A stretch of 64,000 bases of DNA, taken from an uncultured archaeon. GTDB lineage: Archaea; Thermoproteota; Bathyarchaeia; Bathyarchaeales; Bathycorpusculaceae. Made by a program: the position numbers and the translations under genes. The notes beneath the pieces were generated by a model that made no database searches, had not been told where the DNA came from, and saw only the letters and a list, made by a program, of their open reading frames with translations. Numbering within the stretch: position 1 is the stretch's first letter; every line of letters begins with the position of its first letter. The stretch is taken from the NCBI GenBank assembly GCA_963782915.1, contig CAWALK010000020.1, positions 224,001 through 288,000 on the forward strand, in the 5' to 3' direction. Shown in pieces: positions 1-9,961 of the stretch.

Positions 1-415
1 GCAGGGTATAACTCCGCTTTGTCTGCCTCCGCCTGTTTTCTCGGCTTTTGCCATGGAGAACCCGTGGCTTTCGTGGTGCTGGCTGTTTTGGAGGATGAAT
101 TCGCAGGCTTTCTTTATGCGGTCATCGGTTGGGTCTGGCGCCGAGTTCCGCCAAAATGATAAGTTGCCAGAGGTTCCCTTGTATTTGGCAGTGTAAAAGC
201 TGCCGGGGGTTTCCCAGTAGCCGTTGCTGTTCATTTTGGCGAGGATTTTTGGCACAACCCCTTTGTCATAATTGCCTTTTTTGCCTCTAGACTTCGGGGC
301 TTTTTTGGGGTTTTTCTAAGATATCAGTTAGTGTGAAGTAGCGGACAGATGGGTTTTCCTCTTCCAAAAGCCACTCAGTTGGGTCCCCTTTAAGGATAGT
401 TTTCCAATCGCCCAT
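1..415 (-). CDS. Partial (runs off window), frameshifted prenyltransferase/squalene-cyclase-repeat-like hypothetical protein
   Basis: Manual translation MGDWKTILKGDPTEWLLEEENPSVRYFTLTDIL...KILAKMNSNGYWETPGSFYTAKYKGT; not in ORF track because of indels. Confidence 0.55.
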
Positions 416-445
416 TCAAATCCCCCTGTCAAATCTAACCTATGG

Positions 446-1000
446 TTGAGAGAATTGTGCTTAAATGATTTTCCAGTCCATTCAGATAGCTATTTATCGA
501 AAGCCTCAGCGCTAATACTTGTGGTTTACATGCAGTTTTTCCGCTTAAGAGACGACGAATCAAGAAATTGGCGCAACCATCTCATAATACAGTTAGGCAA
601 AGAAGAATTCAATGCCCTAAAAACCCGATTCGACACTCAAGTGCCCAAACTAACCTGCCAAGCCATAATCCGCAGTGGCAACCCATATGTCGTCTTCGAA
701 TACGGCGGCTCCATCTGCCTCAGCGAAGCTTTTGGAAGCGGCGAAACCTTGGGTGAAAAATTAGTCGCCGGCGACATCGTAACCGTCATCTTAACCGATA
801 AACCAACAAATCAACTGTTCAGTTCCTCTGGTGAGGGGTTGGCATTGGATTTCGGGTTAGACCAAGTCATCATCTATCCCTTCACGTACACTAAAGAGAT
901 GGAGCAAATCTACGATTTCTATCGGCACTCCACACATTTAAAAGAGGACAAGAGTGATTTAACAAGCAAGACTAAGTCAAAACGGTTATCGTTTAGGTGA
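446..1000 (+). CDS. Hypothetical protein
   Basis: 184-aa ORF overlapping the next gene by 4 nt; true start probably downstream. Confidence 0.55.
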   Translation: MRELCLNDFPVHSDSYLSKASALILVVYMQFFRLRDDESRNWRNHLIIQLGKEEFNALKTRFDTQVPKLTCQAIIRSGNPYVVFEYGGSICLSEAFGSGETLGEKLVAGDIVTVILTDKPTNQLFSSSGEGLALDFGLDQVIIYPFTYTKEMEQIYDFYRHSTHLKEDKSDLTSKTKSKRLSFR

Positions 1001-1461
1001 ATATTATGAATTGCCCCAGATGCGGAAACATAAATGCAGACGGCGCAGGTTACTGTACAAAATGCGGCGCCCAACTAACTAATGCTCAAACCAGCCAGTT
1101 CCTTATCGTAACAACTCCAACAATAGCTGGCTACAAAATCAAAAAAGTACTCGGCATAGTCACAGGCTTAACACCGCGAACCAGAGGAATATTTGGTCAA
1201 TTCGTCGCAGGATTCGAATCCATGGTCGGCGGAGAAGTAACCGCATTCACCTCCGAAGTCGAGAAAGCCCGTTGGGAAGCCATCGAACGCGCCAAATCTC
1301 GAGCAATTGCGCTTGGGGCAAACGCGATTATCGGCATGGATGTGGAAACCTCATCTATGGGCAACCAAAACAGCAGTATAATGTTGTTTTCGGCGACTGG
1401 AACCGCTGTTATAATTGAGCCCGAAGACGTTGCCAAAAGCAACTCGTCAGTCTCCGTTTAG
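997..1461 (+). CDS. Zinc-ribbon + YbjQ (UPF0145) heavy-metal-binding family protein
   Basis: CPRCG...CTKCG ribbon, then TTPTIAGYKIKKVLGIVTG...GANAIIG...ATGTAV typical of YbjQ. Confidence 0.85.
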   Translation: MNIMNCPRCGNINADGAGYCTKCGAQLTNAQTSQFLIVTTPTIAGYKIKKVLGIVTGLTPRTRGIFGQFVAGFESMVGGEVTAFTSEVEKARWEAIERAKSRAIALGANAIIGMDVETSSMGNQNSSIMLFSATGTAVIIEPEDVAKSNSSVSV

Positions 1462-1487
1462 TCAGATAGCGGCTGGTTAGCTTGAGC

Positions 1488-3069
1488 TTGATAGAGAAAA
1501 CCAAGCCTTCGCTGCCAGTAGTGCCTAAACACGTGAACTACCCAAATGTGCCTCTGCATGGATTGCTGGAGGTAAGTGCGATGAGGTTTGGGGATAAAAC
1601 CGCTATTGGTGCATGGTGAGCGCACTATCTCTTATTCGGAATTGGATTCGTTGTCAATTCAGTTCGCGAACGCTTTGGTCACATTAGGTGTTGGAAAAGG
1701 TGACCGTGTGGCGATTTATTCTGCCAAACATTCCCCAATTCGTAATTGCATACTTCGGAGCCCTCAAGGCTGGTGCGGTTGTGACGGCGATTAGTCCTAT
1801 GCATCGCGAACGTGAGGTTGAGTATCAACTGCGCGATTCTGGACGCCCAAACAATCGTCACCCTCGACACACTTTACCCTGTAGTGGCGAAGGTTAAGGA
1901 AAAAACGCTCGCTCAAGCACATCATAGTCACTAAATTAGCTGAATGCTGACTTTGGAAAGCTGCTGGAGGCGCACTTCCAAGGACAAGCCCAACGTTGCA
2001 GTCAATCCCACTGAGGATTTGGCTGCGCTCCAATACACAGGCGGCACCACGGGAACAGCCAAAGCAGCAATGCTAACACATAGCAACCTCGTCTCAAACG
2101 CCCTGCAATTCGCCGCCATGATAAAGGGTACAGCAGACGATGTTTTTCTGACTGCGTTGCCGCTTTTCCACATCTACGGTATGACCACCAGTATGACCGT
2201 GCCCATTAGTTTGGGGGCGAAAATGGTGTTGCTGCCCAAGTTTGAACCAACTAAAGCCTGCGAAGCAATCCAGACAGCATAAAGTGACAGTTTTCTGCGG
2301 TGTCCCCACGATGTATCAGTATCTCCTCGGCAACCCCGACCTTGCCCAGTACGATTTGGGGTCGATTCGGGTGTGCATTTCGGGTGCTTCTTCGTTGCCG
2401 CCTCAGGTGCAGAAACGGTTCATGGAGGTTACGGGCGGGTTTTTGGCTGAGGGTTATGGCTTGACGGAGGCGTCGCCTGTTACCCATTGCAGCCCCGTTG
2501 ATAAGGCTTTGTTGCGTGTGGGTTCGATTGGGTTGCCTTTGCCCGATACGGAAGCTAAAATTGTTGATTTAGAAACAGGCGAAAAAGTTCTTGGCATAGG
2601 CGAAGCTGGCGAGTTAGCCGTAAAAGGACCCCAAATCATGAAAGGCTACTGGAACCACCCCGAAGAAACCGCCCTTGTGCTCCGCGACGGTTGGCTCCTC
2701 ACAGGCGACATCGCCCGCATGGACCCAGACGGCTACTTCTACATCGTCGACCGCAAAAAAGACCTAATCAAACACAACGGCTACAGCGTCTACCCCCGAG
2801 AACTCGAAGACATCCTCTACGAGCACCCAGCAGTGAAGCTTTGTGCAGTCGTGGGCAAGCCTGATGTGGCGGCGGGTGAGGTTCCGAAGGCGTTTGTGGT
2901 GCTAAAAGAGGGCTTCTCTGTTTCGGGTGGGATATTGAGGGTTTTTGTTAACGATAAAGTGGCACCTTACAAAGCAATTGCTGAAGTTGAGTTCAGAAAG
3001 GAGTTGCCTATTAGTTCTGCGGGTAAAGTGCTGCGTCGGCAACTGAAAGAGAAGCTGAATCCAACATAG
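1488..3069 (+). CDS. fadD: Long-chain-fatty-acid--CoA ligase (several frameshifts)
   Basis: Fragments carry YTGGTTGTAK, EGYGLTE, TGDIA, DRKKDLIK, GKVLRR; pieces 1588, 1688, 1944 and 2242 join across indels. Confidence 0.85.
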
Positions 3070-3090
3070 AAACCACACAAAGTCTCATGC

Positions 3091-3245
3091 GCTACCTCCC
3101 TCCCCTATCAGGGGATCAAAGTTCTGTTCTGCTTGCGGTTTGCTCCACAACCAGCTTGCAACATAAACCAGACGCTAAACGCCAAAAGCAATGGGCGGCA
3201 TAATCGATTGGTTGTTGTTGTGTATAGGCGGTTTTTGGCAACAAC
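3091..3245. repeat. Copy of dispersed intergenic repeat family
   Basis: CTGTTCTGCTTGCGGTTTGCTCCACAACCAGC and AATCGATTGGTTGTTGTTG..GCAACAAC match 21065-21184 and 34865-34910. Confidence 0.75.
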
Positions 3246-3280
3246 ACACTGTAGAAAAAACAAGCCGAAAAAAGGAAAAT

Positions 3281-3610
3281 TTATTTAGAGACAAGAAAGC
3301 CAATAACGAATCCAACAATGAACCCGATGCCCAACGGTAACATACCAAACAGTAATGTTCCAAACTGGACTGCCATGGGTCCATACTGGACTGCTAAATC
3401 ACTCATTGCCCCAAGGTTCAATGTATAGAAGCCCAGATACGCAACTATGATTGCGATTGCCGCTGCGATTATTGCGAATTTGAGGAATTTATGCAATAGA
3501 AAGCCTACGACGACTCCGATGACTAGCGGAATTATCATTATGATAAGTGGTGATAAACCGGCTATGCTTCCGGAAGTGACAAAACCGAATACATCCTCTA
3601 TTATGCCCAA
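3281..3610 (-). CDS. Small multi-pass membrane protein (FUN14-like)
   Basis: Hydrophobic 109 aa with GxxxG motifs (IGVVVGFLLHKFLK; GIGFIVGFVIG). Confidence 0.6.
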   Translation of the reverse strand: MGIIEDVFGFVTSGSIAGLSPLIIMIIPLVIGVVVGFLLHKFLKFAIIAAAIAIIVAYLGFYTLNLGAMSDLAVQYGPMAVQFGTLLFGMLPLGIGFIVGFVIGFLVSK

Positions 3611-3721
3611 CTGAATCTCTCCTCTAACTGACTGGTTAGCTATTGGAGGGCATATGGTATATACTTTTGCTGCTTGAATCCACAGGGTTTGCGTGAGCTT
3701 CTTTATTTAAGACTCAGACAG

Positions 3722-3922
3722 TTATTTTTTGAGGATTTTTAGCACTACTTTTTCGCCCATCCAACAGAAAAACAGTATCGCACAGAAGGGGCCTAAGAAG
3801 AAGCCGAAGATAATCTCGTTGTTCTGAGTTGCCGCCTGAGCTAAAACTGGGTAAGTAACTACGCCTGCAATGACAAAGCAAACTGTTAGGATAAATGCGA
3901 TGGCAAAAGTGGCTGGTTTCAT
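3722..3922 (-). CDS. Small membrane protein
   Basis: 66 aa, two hydrophobic segments. Confidence 0.5.
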   Translation of the reverse strand: MKPATFAIAFILTVCFVIAGVVTYPVLAQAATQNNEIIFGFFLGPFCAILFFCWMGEKVVLKILKK

Positions 3923-4089
3923 GTTGTATCGAACTGTTCTTTGATTGTCTTAAAGATTATCCGGTAAAACTAGAAATGTATAAGAGAAAATTGCGAAAAA
4001 AACGAAATATTCGTCGTGGGGATTTATATCGTTCTGAACCAAATAATGTTAGATTGAGGTTCATTGGCGTGGAAAACCACAAATCGTGG

Positions 4090-4252
4090 TTAAAAAGCTG
4101 TTTACGCCTATGATGACAACCAAATCGAAGGGTCAAGGATTCGGTTTAGCAGTGGTTAAAGCCTGACAGAAGGTTTAGGTGGAACAGTGACCTTTGAGAG
4201 TGAAGAGGGCAAAGGAACAATTTTTATTATGCGTTTCCCCCCAAAGAGATAA
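4090..4252 (+). pseudogene. C-terminal remnant of a sensor histidine kinase (HATPase_c)
   Basis: KLFTPMMTTKSKGQGFGLAVVK / LTEGLGGTVTFESEEGKGTIFIMRFP* : F, G2 and G3 boxes with one frameshift and no N-terminus. Confidence 0.8.
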
Positions 4253-4422
4253 ACGGTAAATGGACCTACAAGTAAAGTTTTGGAGCTTAGCTCAATTTTG
4301 TAAAAGCGTGGTATTAATGGGTTGATATACTGCGTTTTTTACACTGATAATGTTAATTCTATCCGTAATGATGTTTATCCTCAGGGCCCTGACTGACTAA
4401 GTTTACTTATCAATGAATAAGA

Positions 4423-4463
4423 AAATCGTAATTACAAGGATAGAATATTACGTTTTTTTCGGA
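4423..4463. repeat. Internal direct copy of the island right end
   Basis: AAATCGTAATTACAAGGATAGAATATTACGTTTTTTTCGGA vs 9874-9914: 41 bp, 2 mismatches. Confidence 0.85.
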
Positions 4464-4659
4464 CCTATATCTCGCCCAAAGTCGGAAGTGGGAATTTGGG
4501 CCGAAGATCTTAAAAATTTTTTTCCGTTGATTACTTCCTTAACAAAAAATTTTATTCTTGTAGGTTTGTGGCTGTTTGTAGTAGTTCACACATGCCTATT
4601 AGATGATGGATGTTACTTTATACCGTTCTAAAAAATTCCGATTTTTCGGAGGTGATTTT

Positions 4660-5181
4660 ATGGTTATGTCTCAACGAACGGTTATGTATGGTCCAATGCA
4701 GTTGCTTGCAATAGGATTTCCGGGTAACAAGTTTAGCGGTGAAATTCTTCCAGCGATAAATGATGCCAGAAATACAGATTTAATTCGGATGATTGATTAC
4801 CTATTTATAGCTAAAGATGCAAACGGCAATATAGGTGCGGTTAAAGGTTCAGATCTAGGCAAAAAAGAAATCAAACAGCTTGATTCAGTTTTAGGTGCGT
4901 TGATAGGTTTAGGTGCAGGCGGCATAGAAGGCGCAAAAATTGGAGCTATAGAAGGTGCTAAATTCGGCGAACGCGACTTTGGCTTATCGAAGCAAAACAT
5001 TAGAGAAATCGCAGAAAATATTCCTAACAATAGTTCCGCATTGCTGATGTTAGTAGAGCATTTGTGGGCTAAGGGCATTAAGCAGGCGTTGGTTAATTCG
5101 GGCGGAATTATGCTAGCACAAGGAATGGTGACACCGGAAGTTATAGTAGAAATTGGCGCTGCATTAAGAGCACAAGCCTAA
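4660..5181 (+). CDS. DUF1269/DUF6325-like protein
   Basis: YGPMQLLAIGFPGNKFSGEI...IRMID...SSALLMLVEHLWA; GGAGGTGA RBS before ATG 4660. Confidence 0.75.
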   Translation: MVMSQRTVMYGPMQLLAIGFPGNKFSGEILPAINDARNTDLIRMIDYLFIAKDANGNIGAVKGSDLGKKEIKQLDSVLGALIGLGAGGIEGAKIGAIEGAKFGERDFGLSKQNIREIAENIPNNSSALLMLVEHLWAKGIKQALVNSGGIMLAQGMVTPEVIVEIGAALRAQA

Positions 5182-5365
5182 TTTTTCTACTCATTACTGC
5201 TCTAAATTAGAAGAAGAACACGTTTTAAGTCGTCCAGAATGTATGTCTCGACTTAACGTTTTCCTTTTTTTACATCATAGTTACAAAAGTATTTTGATGA
5301 GGATATTTCAATAAGTTGGCTAGTCAAAATTTTATAATACAGGTAGCGAGGACGCATAAAAAAAA

Positions 5366-6031
5366 TTAGCCACCTAAAATCAAAGTTATTATTACAATTA
5401 TCAATCCAATAATAATTAACTCAACGGCCATTAACAGCTTATTTCTAAAAACATATTTTGCATAAAACCAACCTAGTACACCTAAGCATGCAATAGCTAT
5501 ATAAAAAGCTAGCAACAAGGCATTAAACAGATTCGGTATAACTAACAATGGCCAAACAACTAATATGCCTACAATAAAAACTAAAAAGCCCTTATAAAAA
5601 CCGCCGATATAGTCATTTCTTCTTGATAGACGGGAAGGTTTCTCAAGCACTTTTGCCTTTTCATAAATCTCTATCGCGAATTCTCTTTTTAATTTGGTGC
5701 TGAACTGCTCAAGCGAGCTCTTGTCAAGGTCTTGTTCTATTTGCGCAATTGCTGCATCTCGGTCATTTGATGCTTTTACGCTAAATCCATACCTCAAATA
5801 GGTTCCTCTTTCAAACCCTTTCTCAAAAATGTATAGAAAACCGTGAAGCGCACCATGCGCAATATTTACAGATATCGCTGTAATGGCAATTATCAATGCA
5901 AGTCCTTCAGTTTTTGAGGCAGCAAGAGTAAGGCTGCTGATAGTAATCATCGTTGCAATTACCCCAAAGAGCATACCACCTGTACTATCAGAAATTTCTA
6001 TACGATGCTTAACCATAAAAAGTGCCTCCAC
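5366..6031 (-). CDS. VIT1/CCC1-like membrane protein
   Basis: N-terminal TM pair (GMLFGVI...NIAHGAL), soluble loop, three C-terminal TMs ending LGG. Confidence 0.6.
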   Translation of the reverse strand: MEALFMVKHRIEISDSTGGMLFGVIATMITISSLTLAASKTEGLALIIAITAISVNIAHGALHGFLYIFEKGFERGTYLRYGFSVKASNDRDAAIAQIEQDLDKSSLEQFSTKLKREFAIEIYEKAKVLEKPSRLSRRNDYIGGFYKGFLVFIVGILVVWPLLVIPNLFNALLLAFYIAIACLGVLGWFYAKYVFRNKLLMAVELIIIGLIIVIITLILGG

Positions 6032-6051
6032 AAAAAACTCTTGGTTGGAGA

Positions 6052-6741
6052 TTATCCTCCTAGAAAGTATGTCAATACTGTAATGAATATGCCCAAGAGA
6101 GAGTAAATGATTCCTTTCCTCGCCTTAACCAACGGTCCCTTACGCGTCTCAGTCCAAAAACCAATGACGAACATAAGAACAATTGCTATAACAACCGCCA
6201 AATTCAGCAACTGAGGAATTGCTAGCACATTTCGCAGCAATATGAGGGGAAAAATGATTACCAGACAAGCGCCAAGGTTCAAGCACATATCAAGAAAGAT
6301 TGTAATGATGCTGTCTTTAGCTGGGACTTTCTCTTTTGACTTTATCTCGGAATAATTGGACACGATTTTTTCGTAAAGTTTTTTCTTTTCATCCTCGTCC
6401 AGAACGTTTACGTGAGTATCTTGCAGGTCCTCCTCAACCATCTTAAGGCTCATATCCGTCTGCTTTGGGCCTTTTGCATAGTTGGAGATTAGGTTCTTTC
6501 TTGCGGTTAGGTCGTGGTTCTCAAAAACATAGAAGAAACCGTCAACTATTCCCCAGGCAATGCAACAGGAAATGGCAGCAACGACTACCAAAGCTGCAAT
6601 TCGGTCGAGGAGGGCTGGATAAGCATATAGCGCCTGATTTCTTAGAATAGCAAGAAAACACAGGGTCATTACAACCCCGAAAATTGGTTCAGCGGCGAAC
6701 CAGAATCTACCGAAATAATCGGATAAGCCCATAATTTGCAC
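6052..6741 (-). CDS. VIT1/CCC1-like membrane protein (paralog of neighbour)
   Basis: EPIFGVVM...CCIAWGIVDG motif, same topology, also ends LGG. Confidence 0.65.
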   Translation of the reverse strand: MQIMGLSDYFGRFWFAAEPIFGVVMTLCFLAILRNQALYAYPALLDRIAALVVVAAISCCIAWGIVDGFFYVFENHDLTARKNLISNYAKGPKQTDMSLKMVEEDLQDTHVNVLDEDEKKKLYEKIVSNYSEIKSKEKVPAKDSIITIFLDMCLNLGACLVIIFPLILLRNVLAIPQLLNLAVVIAIVLMFVIGFWTETRKGPLVKARKGIIYSLLGIFITVLTYFLGG

Positions 6742-6981
6742 TATCCCTTCACTTTTCTGGTTGATGAATCCTGTCTAAGCGGTGATGACTCGCAATTTGA
6801 AAAATATTGAAAATATCAATTAGCGGCAACATTGCTTGCAACAGGATATTCTTCAAGAAAATGACCAAACGTATTAAGCTTAACAATTAATATTAACTTT
6901 CGTTGCAATCGCTAATTTGATTTTATAACTTCGTTTTCAAATATTGTTGTACTTTATTGCAGCCACATATATTTTTTAGAA

Positions 6982-7320
6982 ATGATTGGATTTCTCATGA
7001 TTGGTGAAATTTTGGTAAGTATTTTGAATTTGATAGGCAAAACTGTCATCACAAAAAAAGGAACAGTTCTGGGGAAACTCGCCGACTTGGATTTGGATGA
7101 CCTCACTCTGACACCGGTAGCATTCCATGTTGAACTAAGTGATGAAGTAGCAAAAACCTACGGCGCTAAGAGCGGCTTTATGAAAAAATCGGTGATACCC
7201 TTACCCATCAAAATGGTGAAGACTCCAATAGCCGACACTGTTATGTTAACAGAAGAAATAACAAATATTGACGAACTTCGCAACCGTGTAACAACCACAA
7301 GTGGGATTCCAAGATTGTAA
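6982..7320 (+). CDS. PRC-barrel domain protein
   Basis: LIGKTVITKKGTVLGKLADLDLD. Confidence 0.75.
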   Translation: MIGFLMIGEILVSILNLIGKTVITKKGTVLGKLADLDLDDLTLTPVAFHVELSDEVAKTYGAKSGFMKKSVIPLPIKMVKTPIADTVMLTEEITNIDELRNRVTTTSGIPRL

Positions 7321-7504
7321 AAATCAATTTCCGCTCAAAAACACAATTATAAGGTTTTAATAGATTTTTTTCTTCCCTGACGTAACGATTGCAATAATGA
7401 AAAGTTGTTAAATTCTATAATTCGTTCTTTTTTTGACTAATTAGTTTAATTCATGTAATAAAAATAGTGCTATTTTTTAAAATCGAAATATTAAGTGATT
7501 TCAT

Positions 7505-8164
7505 TTGTCTGAGATAGAGGGTAATAAACCGTCCATACCTAAACTAAGCATTGAAGGTCTTAATGACCTTATTTTTGGGCTTGCTTTGACTATTGGCGCC
7601 GTTACTCTTGTAGGGAATCCGCCGACCACTCCTAATGAAATGTATGTTGATATTGCAATTTTTGCTTTTAGCTACTACATTCTCATTTCACTATGGATGA
7701 GGCATAAACAAATTATGTCAGTGCTGCCGCTTGAAAGAAATAGAACAACGCTAACCAACGTTTTCCTACTGTTTTGTGTTTCCATTGAACCGTTCTTATT
7801 CAACATGCTTCAAACACCTATCACTGGAGCTGAAAGCTTCACTTTTCTTGGGACTGCGTCTGCTGTTTTCGCTATAGACCTTGGCGTGATGATGCTGATG
7901 CAAGCGCTATTATGCGATGAGGTTGGCACAGAAGACCGAAAACTTGTTCCACAAGACTTAATCCACCCGCTTAAGGTAGAAAGAAACGCTTGGTTTCTAT
8001 GTGGTGGTATCTTTTTCGTATCAGCGATTCCCGTTTTTTGGTCAATCGAGATTAGCGGACTTGCGCTCAGATATTGGATATGGATAATTCCCTTGGGCTT
8101 GGCTTGGGTTGACAGAGTTTACCGACTACGGCTAAAGAGAAGACGATCAAAAAGTCAACTTTAA
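7505..8164 (+). CDS. TMEM175/DUF1211 family potassium-channel-like protein
   Basis: IEGLNDLIFGLALTI resembles RLEAFSDGVFAIAIT; FSYYILISLWMRH. Confidence 0.75.
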   Translation: MSEIEGNKPSIPKLSIEGLNDLIFGLALTIGAVTLVGNPPTTPNEMYVDIAIFAFSYYILISLWMRHKQIMSVLPLERNRTTLTNVFLLFCVSIEPFLFNMLQTPITGAESFTFLGTASAVFAIDLGVMMLMQALLCDEVGTEDRKLVPQDLIHPLKVERNAWFLCGGIFFVSAIPVFWSIEISGLALRYWIWIIPLGLAWVDRVYRLRLKRRRSKSQL

Positions 8165-8199
8165 AGAAAGTTTTAGGTGAATTGCTGCAACCTAATTAC

Positions 8200-9630
8200 T
8201 TATTGCCTTTTTGCAGCAACAATACGGCCTTCATTAATGGCATCTAATAGTTCTTGGTAGTCGCCCTCTGTCTGTTCAGCATAAGCTACACTGAAATCGG
8301 CAATAGCTTCATCAAATTCTGAACCATCGTTGAGGTAACCGGCAATCTCTACAGCATCCCCAGAACGAGCATGAGCATGCGCCAAACAATTGCTGCAGCC
8401 TGCAAGATACTTCCCTAAGCCATTCTTATCTAACAATGACACTTCTAATGAGCCTTTCATGTCTTTTAGTTGTCGCCAGTAATATTCTCGTTCAGCAAAA
8501 ACTGGGCTTTTGCTTCTTCCAAGGAAAATGTCACTTGCCGACTGCATTAGTCGTTGTCCTGACACTACCCGCTCTGAATGATTGGCAAATTCTTCTTGAG
8601 GCAAATAACGCTCAAGTACTGAAGGTCCAGCCTCTTTTTGTTGTAGAATAAGTGCATCATCAGCAGAGTTAGCCTGCAGCAAGCTTATGAAACAGCGAGT
8701 ACCCACACTGCCTACACCGACAACCCTCAGAGCAGTGTCGACAACATGATAATGACCTAAAAGTTTGCGCCGGTCGGCTGTAACACTGCTGACATACTCA
8801 AGCCAACCCTTTTCGAGATCATTTTGCGAAACTTTGAATTTCTCGTCATCGATTAAAAGATCACTCTTCAACAGGTCAGTTGTACGAATTGTTAAAGGAG
8901 GAGCATTGATAAACTGGCGTTGACCGTGTGCAATCTCGGTAAGTTTTTCTAGTGTTTGTTCTTTTGTACTAGTTTTAGCTTTATTTAGCGTTTTTTTCAT
9001 TATGCTCAACTCTTTCTTCGAAGCAGAAGACGTTTTTACCAGATTTTCAGTGTCAATGGAATAGTACCAAACGTCAAGAGTAGGCATAGCTGCAAAGGAT
9101 GTAATCGATTTGCGATATTTTTTGGCCACACGCTTGGCTAGCTTGCGATTATCCTCTGCTTTAAGACCGTTTTGTTTTCCTGCTAGGACTGCACTTACTG
9201 CCAGGCGTTTTAGATCCCACTCCCATGGCCCAGGGTAGCATTCATCAAAATCGTTAATGTCGAAGATTAATTTGCGTTCCGGGGATGCAAAGATACCGAA
9301 ATTGGCGAGATGCGCATCTCCACAAAGCATTGTTTTGATGCCGCTTACAGGAGTTTTGGAGAGATCGGCTGCCATAACCACGGCTGATCCTCTAAAGAAC
9401 GCAAAAGAGGAAGTAGCCATGCGTCCATACTTGATCGGTAATAAGAAGGATAGGCGCCCTTTGTCATTTTCCTGAATTAAACTCATTGGATTTTGAGAAC
9501 TTTTCGCACGCTTCCAATGAGCATGACTCTTCCAAGGAATTTCCTTGTTAAGGGTTTTTCCTTTTTGCCATCGCTCATCACGACTTAGGGCTCCAATTAG
9601 CTGTTTAGGTTTAGTATTGATTGGCAACAA
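8200..9630 (-). CDS. DUF2252 family protein (kinase-like fold)
   Basis: KYGRMATSSFAFFRGSA, CGDAHLANFG, DINDFDE, RVVGVGSVGTRC, RQLKDMKGS, LAHAHARSGD. Confidence 0.9.
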   Translation of the reverse strand: MLPINTKPKQLIGALSRDERWQKGKTLNKEIPWKSHAHWKRAKSSQNPMSLIQENDKGRLSFLLPIKYGRMATSSFAFFRGSAVVMAADLSKTPVSGIKTMLCGDAHLANFGIFASPERKLIFDINDFDECYPGPWEWDLKRLAVSAVLAGKQNGLKAEDNRKLAKRVAKKYRKSITSFAAMPTLDVWYYSIDTENLVKTSSASKKELSIMKKTLNKAKTSTKEQTLEKLTEIAHGQRQFINAPPLTIRTTDLLKSDLLIDDEKFKVSQNDLEKGWLEYVSSVTADRRKLLGHYHVVDTALRVVGVGSVGTRCFISLLQANSADDALILQQKEAGPSVLERYLPQEEFANHSERVVSGQRLMQSASDIFLGRSKSPVFAEREYYWRQLKDMKGSLEVSLLDKNGLGKYLAGCSNCLAHAHARSGDAVEIAGYLNDGSEFDEAIADFSVAYAEQTEGDYQELLDAINEGRIVAAKRQ

Positions 9631-9961
9631 ACCACCAATCTTTTAAACTCAATTGCGAAAATAAGACTATGTGGTTGTATAAAACTAGTAACTTATCTTA
9701 CGGTGCCTCTAGGGCTTCAATTGTTGGTTCGTCTCCTCCGGTCCGCGCGCGCAGTTTAATTCTTGATTTCTCTAGGGCCGCTATCTTAAGCGCGCGCAAA
9801 TTGAATTAACAAGTTAGGCTTTTGGCAGGCAATAGAAACCCTCAACAGAGTTTATTTAGAATGAAAATAATATAAATCGTAATTTCAAGGACAGAATATT
9901 ACGTTTTTTTCGGAAACTATAAGAGAAAACTTCGAGCTTGATTTAAGTTAAGGTTAACTGT

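Larger units (their letters stand above)
3994..9912. mobile_element. Putative non-autonomous element/island bounded by inverted repeats and a 12-bp direct repeat
   Basis: CGAAAAAAACGAAATATTC (3994-4012) is the inverse of GAATATTACGTTTTTTTCG (9894-9912), 1 mismatch; TATAAGAGAAAA at 3979-3990 and 9918-9929; AT-rich interior. Confidence 0.6.
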
